64,000 nt of DNA from an uncultured Oscillospiraceae bacterium (GCA_959596515.1 CAUFXR010000002.1:1153-65152); one strand, 5' to 3'; shown: positions 1-9,665, counted from the first letter of the stretch. Made by a program: numbers and translations. The notes: a model not told the origin generated them from the sequence alone.

Positions 1-304
1 CAAATTCATCCCGCAACATTTGACACATGGCCACAATATCCTTGGCTTTGGTTTTATAGAGTCCACAGATACGGATGTCTTCCTCCACCGCGGCAATATC
101 AGCGTCAGCGAAAGCATATACATCAGGAAAGTCGGAGAACAGCTTTGGAGTTACCATATTTACCCTTAAATCAGTGCATTGGGCGGCAAGCCGAGTAGAA
201 ATCAAAAGCTGCAGAGGATCACGGTAGGAAAGAGAGCAAATGGAATCCGGATATTCTTTTTTTAATGCGGCAACCGCTAGCGCTGCCCGCTCTTTATTTG
301 TCAT
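1..304 (-). CDS. nth: Endonuclease III (runs off window start)
   Basis: Manual translation from ATG at 304 (RBS GGGAGG): MTNKERAALAVAALKKEYPDSICSLSYRDPLQLLISTRLAAQCTDLRVNMVTPKLF...ICGLYKTKAKDI, the typical Nth N-terminus (LxAQCTDxRVN, GLYxxKA). Confidence 0.92.
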   Translation of the reverse strand, partial: MTNKERAALAVAALKKEYPDSICSLSYRDPLQLLISTRLAAQCTDLRVNMVTPKLFSDFPDVYAFADADIAAVEEDIRICGLYKTKAKDIVAMCQMLRDEF

Positions 305-462
305 AAGATCGACCTCCCGTGTCTGATATATTCATAGTTTATAACAAACGATGGTTAAAAACAAGGAATTTCGACAAAAACCATTAGTAAAAATAAAAAG
401 GCTTGGATAGTGAAAATATTCTGTGTAAAAAATGAACTTTTAATTTTTGTAAGCGTTCCAAC

Positions 463-491
463 TTGCTATTTCCGTAAAAAACGTGTATACT
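463..491 (+). promoter_or_regulatory. SigA-type promoter of glyA
   Basis: TTGCTA-17 bp-TATACT upstream of RBS AGGAG and the glyA start. Confidence 0.6.
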
Positions 492-528
492 TTTTTCATA
501 TTATGTGGAATGTAGGAGTGGTTAAAGA

Positions 529-1779
529 ATGAATCATTACGCAGATGAAAATTTAGCGTTTATTGCGTCTTTCGATCCTGAAGTCGGGAACGCTATGAAC
601 GAAGAACTGAAAAGACAGCGCCGCAATTTGGAGCTGATTGCCTCTGAAAACCTGGTTTCCCCAGCGGTATTGGCGGCTATGGGTAGCGTGCTTACAAACA
701 AGTATGCCGAAGGTTATCCCGGCAAACGTTATTACGGCGGATGCCAGTGTGTGGATGTGGTAGAGGAGATCGCCCGTCAGAGAGCTTGTCAGCTGTTCGG
801 TGCGGAACACGCTAACGTGCAGCCACATTCCGGTGCCCAGGCAAATATTGCGGTTTATTTTGCCATGCTGAATCCGGGAGATACCATTATGGGTATGAAT
901 CTTTCCGAAGGCGGACATTTGACCCATGGTTCTCCGGTTAATATCTCCGGCAAATATTTTAACTTTGTAGAATACGGTGTCGCCTCTGACACAGAGCAGA
1001 TCGATTACGATAAGGTTATGGAAATCGCCTTGGAATGCAAGCCGAAAATGATCGTTTGTGGTGCATCCGCGTATCCTAGAATCATTGATTTCAAAAGATT
1101 CCGGGAGATTGCCGATGCCTGCGGCGCTTATTTGATGGTAGATATGGCTCATATCGCTGGCCTAGTGGCAGCGGGAGTTCATCCCAGCCCGGTGCCCTAC
1201 GCTCATTTTGTAACCACTACGACCCATAAGACTTTGAGAGGCCCAAGAGGCGGTATGATTCTGTGCAAGGAGGAATACGCCAAGCAGATTGACAAGGCGA
1301 TTTTTCCTGGTACCCAGGGCGGCCCGCTGATGCATATCATTGCCGCTAAGGCGGTTTGTCTGGGAGAGGCCTTAAAGCCTGAGTTTAAGGCTTATGGGGA
1401 ACAGGTGGTGAAAAACTGCCAGGCTTTAGCCCAGGGCCTTTTGAACCGGGGCCAAAAACTAATTTCCGGCGGTACGGATAACCATTTGCTGTTGCTGGAT
1501 TTAAGAGGTCAAGAAATTACCGGCAAAGAGCTGGAACATCGTTTGGATGAGGTTTATATTACTGTCAACAAGAACACAGTACCCAATGAACCCAGAAGTC
1601 CTTTTGTAACCAGCGGTGTCAGAATTGGAACTCCTGCTGTGACGACCAGGGGCCTGAAAGAAGCGGATATGGATCAAATCGCCGAATTTATCACCATGGT
1701 CATTCAGGACTTTGAAGGCAATGCGGATAAGGTGCGGGCGGGCGTAAACGCTCTGTGCGAGAAATATCCTTTATATTAA
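529..1779 (+). CDS. glyA: Serine hydroxymethyltransferase
   Basis: [24 protein letters not shown]-lysine motif [14 protein letters not shown]. Confidence 0.98.
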   Translation: MNHYADENLAFIASFDPEVGNAMNEELKRQRRNLELIASENLVSPAVLAAMGSVLTNKYAEGYPGKRYYGGCQCVDVVEEIARQRACQLFGAEHANVQPHSGAQANIAVYFAMLNPGDTIMGMNLSEGGHLTHGSPVNISGKYFNFVEYGVASDTEQIDYDKVMEIALECKPKMIVCGASAYPRIIDFKRFREIADACGAYLMVDMAHIAGLVAAGVHPSPVPYAHFVTTTTHKTLRGPRGGMILCKEEYAKQIDKAIFPGTQGGPLMHIIAAKAVCLGEALKPEFKAYGEQVVKNCQALAQGLLNRGQKLISGGTDNHLLLLDLRGQEITGKELEHRLDEVYITVNKNTVPNEPRSPFVTSGVRIGTPAVTTRGLKEADMDQIAEFITMVIQDFEGNADKVRAGVNALCEKYPLY

Positions 1780-1790
1780 GCCGATGTGTG

Positions 1791-1824
1791 GGAAACGGAG
1801 GGCAGGCGCCTTCCGTTTCTTTCC
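1791..1824 (+). terminator. Probable intrinsic terminator after glyA
   Basis: GGAAACGGAGGG...CCTTCCGTTTCT hairpin followed by a T-rich run. Confidence 0.5.
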
Positions 1825-2016
1825 ATATTTTATCTTACCAAGTTGAGAAACGGATGCCGCAGGGAGTTATTAAAAGCTCCGGAAATTTGAGTAGGGGAAA
1901 TTATATTAGTTCTTCACGAGGCTGTTTCGGAAGAAATGGAGCTTATCTCTACGAGAAGCGTCGCTGTCGGCAGGATCAATAAAATGATCTAAGAAGATTA
2001 TCACCAAAAAAGGAGT

Positions 2017-3297
2017 ATGATTATGGCTTCCCCATTGGCCGATCGCTTAAGACCGCAAACCATCGATGATATGGTAGGCCAGCGCCATCTCCTGGGACCA
2101 GGAAAGGCGCTAAGAAGGATTATTGAATCTGGTGAAATTCCAAACTTGATTTTTTATGGTCCATCCGGGGTGGGAAAGACCACTTTGGCATCTATTATCG
2201 CCAAACAAACCAATCGCGCTTTACGAAAACTGAATGGGACTACAGCGGGGACCGCAGACCTTCGGGAAATTTTTACAGAGGCGGAGAATACCTTTACCGC
2301 TCCAAACGGAATTTTGCTGTACTTAGATGAGATTCAGTATTTCAATAAAAAACAGCAGCAGACTTTGCTGGAGTTTATTGAAAACGGAAAGATCACTCTG
2401 ATCGCCTCAACGACGGAAAATCCTTATTTCTACGTTTATAATGCTATTTTAAGCCGGTCTACAGTGTTCGAATTCAAAACTGTTGAACAGGCCGAGGTAG
2501 CGAAAGCGGTAGACCGGGCATTTTCCTTACTGGAACAGGAGCGCCAGGAAAAATTCCAAATCGAGGATAGCGTGGTAGACCACATTGCTTTGGCCTGCGG
2601 CGGAGACGTCCGCAAAGCGATGAATTCTGTAGAGTTATGTGTTCTGTCTTCACCTGCGGCGGATGGTATTAGAAAAATCACTTTAGAAACCGCCAAGGAA
2701 CTGACGCAGAAAAGTGCTTTGCGGTACGATAAAGACGGAGACGAACATTATGACTTGTTGTCGGCTTTTCAAAAGTCTATGAGAGGTTCCGACCCTAACG
2801 CGGCGATCCACTATTTGGCGCGGCTACTAGAAGCAGGAGACCTTCCCTCGGTTTGCCGGCGTTTAATGGTGACCGCCTGCGAGGATGTGGGGCTTGCTTA
2901 TCCCCAGATCATTCCCATTGTAAAAGCCTGTGTGGATGCGGCTTTTCAGGTGGGATTGCCAGAAGCCCGTCTTTGCCTGGCCGATGGAGTGGTTTTAGTC
3001 AGCATTGCCCCAAAATCCAATTCCGCTCACAACGCGATCAATGAGGCGATGGAAGATGTCAGAAACGGAAAATATGGTCCGATTCCCAGACAGCTTCAAA
3101 ATAAGCATTATGATGGGGAAGATAATCCGATTAAGGGACAATTTTACCAGTATGCGCATGATTTCGAAAATCATTGGGTAGACCAGCAATATTTGCCGGA
3201 TGTTTTAAAAAATGTGGAATATTATCATTTTGGCGAGAATAAAAATGAACAAGCTTATCGACAATATTGGGAGAAGATCAAAGGAAGAAAGCTCTGA
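2017..3297 (+). CDS. rarA: Replication-associated recombination protein A (RarA/MgsA AAA+ ATPase)
   Basis: PLADRLRP N-terminus, Walker A GPSGVGKT, LDEI, TTENP, HYDLLSAFQKSMRGSDP. Confidence 0.95.
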   Translation: MIMASPLADRLRPQTIDDMVGQRHLLGPGKALRRIIESGEIPNLIFYGPSGVGKTTLASIIAKQTNRALRKLNGTTAGTADLREIFTEAENTFTAPNGILLYLDEIQYFNKKQQQTLLEFIENGKITLIASTTENPYFYVYNAILSRSTVFEFKTVEQAEVAKAVDRAFSLLEQERQEKFQIEDSVVDHIALACGGDVRKAMNSVELCVLSSPAADGIRKITLETAKELTQKSALRYDKDGDEHYDLLSAFQKSMRGSDPNAAIHYLARLLEAGDLPSVCRRLMVTACEDVGLAYPQIIPIVKACVDAAFQVGLPEARLCLADGVVLVSIAPKSNSAHNAINEAMEDVRNGKYGPIPRQLQNKHYDGEDNPIKGQFYQYAHDFENHWVDQQYLPDVLKNVEYYHFGENKNEQAYRQYWEKIKGRKL

Positions 3298-3397
3298 TAG
3301 TGTCTACGATAAAAAATTTATGACAAAGCTTTCCTGTTTTTTCTAGTTTTCCTTTTTCAAAGGTTCAAATAGAAAACGCTTCTATCTTTTACGGATC

Positions 3398-3434
3398 AAC
3401 GGTAAGCGAAAAGATTAACGGCAAGCGAAAAGAT
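3398..3434. repeat. Two tandem copies of an 18-bp sequence (19-bp period)
   Basis: AACGGTAAGCGAAAAGAT (3398-3415) and AACGGCAAGCGAAAAGAT (3417-3434), one mismatch. Confidence 0.85.
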
Positions 3435-3545
3435 CATTTAACGCCGAGGCTCGAAATTGAGATCAAAAATGCGACTTAAAAAATGCAAACAGAGATACAC
3501 CAAAATAAGGGTATTTTTGTTTTTATAGAAAGCGGGGTGCAATCC

Positions 3546-4199
3546 ATGAATGAAAAAATACTATGGTCCCTTTCCTACGGGCTTTATGCCATAGGGGTTG
3601 AGGGAGAACATTATCCTTCTGCCTGTATTGTCAATTCGGTGGTTCAGGTTACCGCTCAGCCAGCAATTTTGGCGGTGAGTATCAATCACAATAGCTATAC
3701 CCACCAGCAGATTATGAAGCATAAGCGGTTTACCGTTTCGGTGCTGTCCGAGGATACCTCCGGCGCGGTAATCGGTGCCTTGGGTTTTACCACTGGGCGA
3801 AATACGGAAAAGCTAAAAAATATCCGCTATAAAATGCTGCAGGAAGGGCTGCCGGTATTAAAGGAAAATATTTGCTGCTGGATGCTTTGTAAAGTTATTC
3901 GGACGGCGGAAACGCCAACCCACACTGTTTTTTTCGCTGAAATCGAAGCGGGCAGTGAGAGAAGTGTCGGAAGGCCCATGACCTACGAATATTATCATAA
4001 GGTCATAAAAGGGATGGCTCCGCAAAGCGCTCCTACTTATCAGCCTCCGGACAGGATCGAGGAAAAATCGGTGGAGGAATGGATTTGTACCATCTGCGGC
4101 TATGTTTATAATGACCCGGATGTTCCTTTTGAGGATCTGCCAGCGGAGTGGACCTGTCCTGTCTGCCGCGCCGGAAAAAGCATGTTTCAGCGGAAATAA
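3546..4199 (+). CDS. Flavin reductase-like domain fused to C-terminal rubredoxin (high-molecular-weight rubredoxin)
   Basis: LSYGLY, THTVFFAE, MTYEYYH, then CTICGYVY...FEDLPAEWTCPVC; start taken at ATG 3546 after RBS GGGGTG. Confidence 0.88.
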   Translation: MNEKILWSLSYGLYAIGVEGEHYPSACIVNSVVQVTAQPAILAVSINHNSYTHQQIMKHKRFTVSVLSEDTSGAVIGALGFTTGRNTEKLKNIRYKMLQEGLPVLKENICCWMLCKVIRTAETPTHTVFFAEIEAGSERSVGRPMTYEYYHKVIKGMAPQSAPTYQPPDRIEEKSVEEWICTICGYVYNDPDVPFEDLPAEWTCPVCRAGKSMFQRK

Positions 4200-4231
4200 C
4201 TTTCAGCGAAAATCGCACTGAAAAACGAATG

Positions 4232-4269
4232 AAAAATCCTCTGAGAAGTTTAATTCTCAGAGGATTTTT
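4232..4269. terminator. Bidirectional intrinsic terminator between convergent genes
   Basis: 16-bp perfect arms AAAAATCCTCTGAGAA / TTCTCAGAGGATTTTT. Confidence 0.85.
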
Positions 4270-4320
4270 GGGTTGCAGCTTTTCTGTCGACGGATGTTCC
4301 GCAGTAAGATATCGGGTTAG

Positions 4321-5427
4321 TTAAGAGGAATCCGAGGAGGATGATGAGCCTTCGGAAACAGTAATTTCACTGGAGGCCGCCTGCCCAGAGGATATGGAAT
4401 AAAATTCTTTGGTTTCGGGTACTCGAAGTGTTTCACTTTGATGCTTTTGGAGCAGCTTGGTAATAGCGTATAAATCGATCCAAATTTCGTTATCGCTTTC
4501 CTTTTGGCTTTCATCGAAAACCAATTCCAAGCCAAAATGAAGGTGACTCGTGTTGATATTGTTCACATTCTCTGTCGTACTGTATCCGGTACGGCCTACA
4601 TAGCCTATGACATCCCCCGCATTAACCACCTTTCCTTCTGTCAGATCCACCTGGTAAGGCCGGTTTTGCCGGAGATGGGCATAATAATAATATCGCTTTT
4701 TATCAAAGCTTCGAATACCGATACGCCATCCACCGTATTGGTTCCATCCCATAACCTCTACGGTACCGCTTTCCACCGCGATAACAGGAGTGCCAGTAGC
4801 CGCCATTAGGTCGTGGCCTAAATGGGTTCTCTGATATCCATAGGAACGGGAGGCACCGAAATCATCATAGTGCTGAAAAGGGAAGGTTTTCGCAATAGGA
4901 GAATAAACCTGTAGCCCATATTTTGTCTCTGTGACCGTTTTAGAGGGATTTTCCGAGCTTTGGACAGTAATTTCATATTCCCCGAGGAATCCGGCTAAAA
5001 CAGCCGAATAGACCTGATAATAATAGGGATAATATTGCATATCTTTGGTCAGGTTCTTGATATCTTCTCCGGATTGGAGTTTTTCCAAAAGATTAGTTAA
5101 ATCTTTTTTCTTATAGTAGTCGGAAAAATTCCCGCCGTATTTAGCGCCTAAATAAGCTAGCGGTTCGATCCAATTGATATGAATTTCGGAATCGTAGCTG
5201 TCGATATCCGCCTGCATTGCGATTTCCAGCGCTTCGTAGGGTACATTGAATTCCGCATAACGGATAAAATCTCGTTTCGCTCCTGACGGCTGCGCTGTTA
5301 CCTCCATAACCGTATCGGTTCCCAACGGAATTGGAAAAGAAATGGCTAATATCAGTAAAGCGCAAAAAAATGTCAAGATTAATTTAGGAGACCTTAAAAA
5401 TTTAGACCACAAAAAAATCACCTGCAC
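4321..5427 (-). CDS. M23 family metallopeptidase, N-terminally membrane-anchored or secreted
   Basis: Hydrophobic N-terminus, HLGHD (HxxxD), YYYAHL, HLHFG (HxH). Confidence 0.88.
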   Translation of the reverse strand: MQVIFLWSKFLRSPKLILTFFCALLILAISFPIPLGTDTVMEVTAQPSGAKRDFIRYAEFNVPYEALEIAMQADIDSYDSEIHINWIEPLAYLGAKYGGNFSDYYKKKDLTNLLEKLQSGEDIKNLTKDMQYYPYYYQVYSAVLAGFLGEYEITVQSSENPSKTVTETKYGLQVYSPIAKTFPFQHYDDFGASRSYGYQRTHLGHDLMAATGTPVIAVESGTVEVMGWNQYGGWRIGIRSFDKKRYYYYAHLRQNRPYQVDLTEGKVVNAGDVIGYVGRTGYSTTENVNNINTSHLHFGLELVFDESQKESDNEIWIDLYAITKLLQKHQSETLRVPETKEFYSISSGQAASSEITVSEGSSSSSDSS

Positions 5428-5662
5428 TTCATAAGATACTTATGCGAGAACAGGTGATTTTATTTCTGTTTTCAGATATTTTAGAGGTCGTCGGCATCTT
5501 GCGTCGGATGGACAGAATCTACCGGAGTCCCGGTATAGCTTCCATTGACATCGGATAAGATTTCTCCCTTTCCTTCCTTGGGAAGAATTTGAGATAGCTC
5601 CTGAGCACATTTTTCCTTCTTGGACTTCTTTCTTTTGTTTTCCAATTTCATTCACCTCAGGA

Positions 5663-6412
5663 TTAGCTTTCCCGAACGGTACATTGGTTATTCTTAAGAT
5701 CCGGTTTTTGGATTAAGTCTCGGATGACCTCTCCGGCAATCAGCAGACCGGCACAGGAAGGAACAAAAGAGATACTCCCAGGAACCTGCCGTTTCCCGTT
5801 TGCCGTTAACTCCGGCGAAAGTTTTGGCCTGATCGGTTCTTCTAAAGAGTAAAGTACCTTTAATTTCGAAATTCCGCGTTTCCGTAGTTCCCGGCGCATA
5901 ACGCGGCATAGGGGACAGACGCTGGTGTTATAGATGTCCTCGATCTGAAATCGGGAAGGATCTAGCTTGTTTCCGGTACCCATACTGCTGAGGATCGGAA
6001 TTTCCATTTTTTCGGCCGCTTCCACTAAAGCAAGCTTCGAGGAAACGGTATCGATCGCATCTACTATATAATCGCAGCCGGACAAAAAATCGATATCCTG
6101 ACCAGGAAGATAAAATTCTTTGTAAGTGTATACAGAGGCGTTTGGATTGATATCTAAAATGCGTTCCTTGGCAACTTCTACTTTGGGCCTTCCTACTGTA
6201 CTATGCAACGCGATGAGTTGCCGGTTAATGTTGGAAACAGACACAAGATCATGATCCACTAAAATAAAGGATCCGATCCCTACTCTGGCGAGAGCTTCGA
6301 CAACGTAGCTTCCCACGCCACCGATCCCAAATACAGCCACTTTACTATTTTGTATTTTTTGAAGGCTGGCGTCATCTAAAAGCAGCGCAGTGCGCTGTAA
6401 TTCTTCCCGCAT
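5663..6412 (-). CDS. tcdA: tRNA threonylcarbamoyladenosine dehydratase (ThiF/E1 family)
   Basis: GIGGVGS, SNINRQLIAL, SSMGTGNKLDP, CPLCRVMRRELRK, GSISFVP. Confidence 0.88.
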   Translation of the reverse strand: MREELQRTALLLDDASLQKIQNSKVAVFGIGGVGSYVVEALARVGIGSFILVDHDLVSVSNINRQLIALHSTVGRPKVEVAKERILDINPNASVYTYKEFYLPGQDIDFLSGCDYIVDAIDTVSSKLALVEAAEKMEIPILSSMGTGNKLDPSRFQIEDIYNTSVCPLCRVMRRELRKRGISKLKVLYSLEEPIRPKLSPELTANGKRQVPGSISFVPSCAGLLIAGEVIRDLIQKPDLKNNQCTVRES

Positions 6413-6750
6413 TGAAAAAATCCTTTCCTAGAAACGATAGATACTGTTATGGCATGTATTATATCACGAAATTTATGTTTAGGATAGACCAGGAAACATA
6501 GCTTTCCGACAGGCTTTCCGGAAAGGAGCAATATTTTCGTGAAATTTACGGCGTCAAAAGCCGACTAATCGTTATTAGATATCATGATTATTAATTTAAT
6601 AGTGAATCTCCGAAGGATAGAGGAAAGGATGTTAGAACTGAAAAGCCAGATGGGTTTTCTAAGGATTAGGTAAACTGAAATATTTTTATGGAATAGATTG
6701 CTTAGGCAATAACTTTGTTTTTTCCATAAGTGTGAGTAATCCAACACATA

Positions 6751-6780
6751 ATAAAAGCGGACCTAATAGTCCGCTTTTAT
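6751..6780. terminator. Intrinsic terminator downstream of tspO
   Basis: ATAAAAGCGGAC / GTCCGCTTTTAT perfect 12-bp arms. Confidence 0.75.
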
Positions 6781-6842
6781 TTCTATGAATATTTGAAAGT
6801 GATCTGGTGAAGTTTTAAATGCTTTTGATTCGCTGAATCACG

Positions 6843-7313
6843 TTATTCAAGGTTCAGCAAGTAAACTCCTAGATTGAGATATCCTGCGAAGATCAGCCAT
6901 AAAACATATGGAATTTGTAAATAAGCCGCTGATTTGGAGTCTTTTGCGAATTTAAGAATCATTCCGATAACAAGGCCTAATAAAAGGAGAAGCCAAAAGA
7001 AGGAAAATAGCCTCCACTCTAAATTAAAGAAAAAAATAGTCCAAAAGAAATTGACCGCCAGTTGGGCAATGTAAAATAAAAGTCCGCCTTTTTTGTCGAT
7101 GCCGCTGGCTTTCAGAAATAAGACAATACTGATTCCCATCAAAACGAATAACACAGACCATACAATGGGAAATACAATGCTCGGAGGAGCCAGAGGCGGC
7201 TTTTTTAACAATTCAAATCTTGACATAGCGTCTTTGGTAAAAAAAGACGAGAGTAAACCTACGCCAAGGGCGATAGCGATAGAAATAAGATACGGTTTTA
7301 TTTTTTTCAGCAT
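6843..7313 (-). CDS. tspO: TspO/MBR tryptophan-rich sensory protein
   Basis: LKKPPLAPPSIVFPIVW, QLAVNFFWTIFFF, PYVLWLIFAGYLN; five hydrophobic segments. Confidence 0.92.
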   Translation of the reverse strand: MLKKIKPYLISIAIALGVGLLSSFFTKDAMSRFELLKKPPLAPPSIVFPIVWSVLFVLMGISIVLFLKASGIDKKGGLLFYIAQLAVNFFWTIFFFNLEWRLFSFFWLLLLLGLVIGMILKFAKDSKSAAYLQIPYVLWLIFAGYLNLGVYLLNLE

Positions 7314-7524
7314 AGGTAATCACCTCTATAGAGGTATCCTATGTCTTTTTTTAACGATTTATTCCGAGAACTTTAAATTTAGATAAAGAAATTCTGCCTT
7401 TTACAAGATTCTGGATTCTCCGCAAAAGAGGTTATTGAGTGTGGGTGTGACAGCAGAATGTTTCCCAATCTTTTTTACAATCTTTTTTATTTTTCGACTT
7501 GTTTTAAAATTTGTAAAAAAGAGG

Positions 7525-7553
7525 TTGACAATTCCGACTCCTTATGCTAAAAT
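7525..7553 (+). promoter_or_regulatory. SigA promoter of tRNA-Leu
   Basis: TTGACA-17 bp-TAAAAT with TG extension, A-rich upstream. Confidence 0.8.
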
Positions 7554-7587
7554 CTATAACTGTCGCCACGGGTGACAAATTAGATAT

Positions 7588-7674
7588 GCGGATATGGCGG
7601 AATTGGCAGACGCGTATGGTTCAGGTCCATATGAATGCAAGTTCATGCAGGTTCAAGTCCTGTTATCCGCACCA
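7588..7674 (+). tRNA. tRNA-Leu(CAG)
   Basis: Acceptor GCGGATA/TATCCGC-ACCA, anticodon arm TATGG-TTCAGGT-CCATA, long variable arm TGAATGCAAGTTCA, GTTCAAG T-loop. Confidence 0.96.
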
Positions 7675-7987
7675 TATTAAGGAACAATCTTTAATACAAA
7701 AACAGCCTTCCAAATCGGAGGGCTGTTTTTGTATCTATGCCCGGAAAGCCTGATATTATGGGCTTTCCGGGCTTTTTCTGTTTTCCGGGAACTTGGTGGA
7801 TTAGGCCGCCATCAGCCCGCTTCCTATTGCGGCCATCACATAGTCCCATGGTGGCTCATTTTTGCACACCCTTGTCCGGCCCGTATATACCAGAAACGAG
7901 GAAACGCTAAAAAGTATCCGCTCCCGGACAGCGCCACCTCTTTCAATGAGAACAATTTAGCGGGAACCTTACGGTTCCCGCTTTTTC

Positions 7988-8599
7988 TTATTCCCGCTCG
8001 AAAGCCTCTCCACAATCTCCGCAGATTACATTGACCTCCCGCGTTGCCCGGATGATAGTGCCGCAGCAGGGGCAGACATATTTGATACTGCGGTTAATGG
8101 ATTTCTTACTCCCGCCCTTGGTGGTGCCTTCCACCGGCAAGCGGCTGGCGTTTATTTTATCCTCGCCCAAGGTTTCTCTGATCCATGCCTCCGCCTCCGG
8201 GGCCAGCGTTGTTACCGTCCAGCCATACTTGGCGTGCTTCTCAATATGCAGGCCGTGGGCCTCGGCGGTGGCCCTAAATTTCTGGTTGTGATAGTAGCCG
8301 TTGTTGCTTACGTCTTGAATACCATGTACCAGATTGTAGAGGTGCGCCATCTCATGTAGAAGCGTGGCTGCCAGCTCGAAGATGGGCCGGTCAAGGTACT
8401 CGGCGCAGAGATTGATTTCCCTATACTTTGCACCGCTGGCGTTCCATATCTCGTTGATACTGCACCAGCCATACGCCCCGCGCCCTCCGTCCGGTGATAC
8501 AGTGATGGCCGGGCGGTTCAGCTCGCCCTCGTAAAAATGCTCGTTGAACAGGTCAAACATTTCCTCGGTTTTTCTCACGATTTCAGATATTTGCAGCAT
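7988..8599 (-). CDS. SprT-like zinc metalloprotease with C-terminal zinc ribbon (mobile-element type)
   Basis: TLLHEMAH (HExxH), YYHNQKF, CPCCG...CGDC; start at ATG 8599 after RBS AGGAGGA. Confidence 0.85.
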   Translation of the reverse strand: MLQISEIVRKTEEMFDLFNEHFYEGELNRPAITVSPDGGRGAYGWCSINEIWNASGAKYREINLCAEYLDRPIFELAATLLHEMAHLYNLVHGIQDVSNNGYYHNQKFRATAEAHGLHIEKHAKYGWTVTTLAPEAEAWIRETLGEDKINASRLPVEGTTKGGSKKSINRSIKYVCPCCGTIIRATREVNVICGDCGEAFERE

Positions 8600-8632
8600 G
8601 GTTGCGTCCTCCTTAAAGATATGTTTTATTTC

Positions 8633-8671
8633 TGTGAGTGACATCTTACACACCACCGGTCAAAAAGCAAG
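8633..8671 (-). repeat. 39-bp promoter-like repeat, copy 1 (upstream of SprT-like gene)
   Basis: 35/39 identical to 9398-9436; minus strand reads TTGCTT-16 bp-TAAGAT. Confidence 0.85.
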
Positions 8672-8748
8672 CTCTAAAGGTCTTAAAACATATCTTTTTT
8701 CTTTCATCGGGGACAGAAAAAGCCCCGCCGAAGCGGGGCCTTCTCGTT

Positions 8749-9363
8749 TTATTCTGCGGCAATGAAGCCTTGTTCTTTCAGGCTTTCGATCAGCGCCGGA
8801 TTTTCCGGGCCGGTTAAGGTTCCTTCTTTGTCCACTGTGTACTCGCCGATTTCATAAGCAAAACTGGGGGCCGCCTTGTATTCCGGCTCGATGTTCGTAA
8901 ATTCGCTTACCGCTACTACAAGCTGCTTGCGGCGCACACCGGTCACATTATAGGCGGCCTCGATGCACTCCGGCTTACTTTTCTCCTCGGGATTTTTCTC
9001 CGGGATTTCGTCGGTTTGTGGGCTTTCTTCCGGCGCGGCCTCTATTTTCTGCTCGGTAGCCCCCACAGCCGTAACATCTGTGCTTTCCTGTGCGGCGGCT
9101 TTGGCTGCGGCCTTCGCCGCCCGGCTTACTCTGGTGCGGGCCTCCGGGAATATCTCCGGCAGTGCGCCTTCCTCATAGTGGATTTCAAAGGTGATCTTCC
9201 CGTCCATGTGTACGTTGAAATGGAAGTCGGTCATTTCCACCTCTTTCAGTTCGTCCGGCAGCTCGATGTTCTTATACCGCTTGACTTCCTCGCCGTTTAC
9301 CATAAGGCAAACCGGAACCGCGTCCCTCAGTTTCGCTGTGATTTTTCCTGTTTTCATTATCAT
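8749..9363 (-). CDS. Hypothetical two-domain phage-associated protein
   Basis: Start ATG 9363 after AGGTGG; C-terminal YNVTGVRRKQLV...YKAAPSFAYEIGEYTVDKEGTL resembles small Clostridia prophage proteins (from memory); acidic/Ala-rich linker; own hairpin at ~8717-8745. Confidence 0.7.
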   Translation of the reverse strand: MIMKTGKITAKLRDAVPVCLMVNGEEVKRYKNIELPDELKEVEMTDFHFNVHMDGKITFEIHYEEGALPEIFPEARTRVSRAAKAAAKAAAQESTDVTAVGATEQKIEAAPEESPQTDEIPEKNPEEKSKPECIEAAYNVTGVRRKQLVVAVSEFTNIEPEYKAAPSFAYEIGEYTVDKEGTLTGPENPALIESLKEQGFIAAE

Positions 9364-9397
9364 TTCCACCTTTCGTTTTTCTTGGGCTTGTGCCTTG

Positions 9398-9436
9398 TGT
9401 GAGTCACAGCTTACACACCACGGGTGAAAAAGCAAG
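9398..9436 (-). repeat. 39-bp promoter-like repeat, copy 2
   Basis: Matches 8633-8671; contains palindrome TGTGAGTCACA (9398-9408). Confidence 0.85.
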
Positions 9437-9479
9437 GCTTTTCAATAGTAAAATTAGTATGAACTTCTCAATTTGCATC

Positions 9480-9508
9480 TTGACTTCTTGCGTGTTTCCC
9501 TGTATAAT
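9480..9508 (+). promoter_or_regulatory. SigA promoter of the P-type ATPase leader
   Basis: TTGACT-17 bp-TATAAT. Confidence 0.85.
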
Positions 9509-9549
9509 GTGACTTAAATTATTTAAAGAAAGGAATTGGAAGACCTACC

Positions 9550-9639
9550 ATGGACGACGCCGACAGTAGCGACGCTGACCGAAGTAACATTCACTGTAAA
9601 CTAAATACGTTTTTATATATAGGCATAACCTGCGTCTAA
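9550..9639 (+). CDS. Putative 29-aa Asp-rich leader peptide (uORF)
   Basis: MDDADSSDADRSNIHCKLNTFLYIGITCV*; purine-rich AAAGGAATTGGAAG upstream; stop lies inside the leader hairpin. Confidence 0.5.
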   Translation: MDDADSSDADRSNIHCKLNTFLYIGITCV

Positions 9640-9665
9640 TTTTAGATAGCAGGCTATGCCTTTTT
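9621..9665 (+). terminator. Attenuator-type terminator in the ATPase 5' leader
   Basis: AGGCATAACCTGC / GCAGGCTATGCCT (12/13) followed by a T-run, located between the promoter and the ATPase start. Confidence 0.75.

Noticed and set aside
6565..6747. ORF starting MLDYSHLWK, faintly like small XRE/HTH proteins
   Set aside because: Similarity limited to a few residues, no RBS, starts beside a terminator.
7544..7753. 69-aa ORF over tRNA-Leu, and ORF 63714-63923 over tRNA-Arg/His
   Set aside because: They overlap clear tRNA genes.
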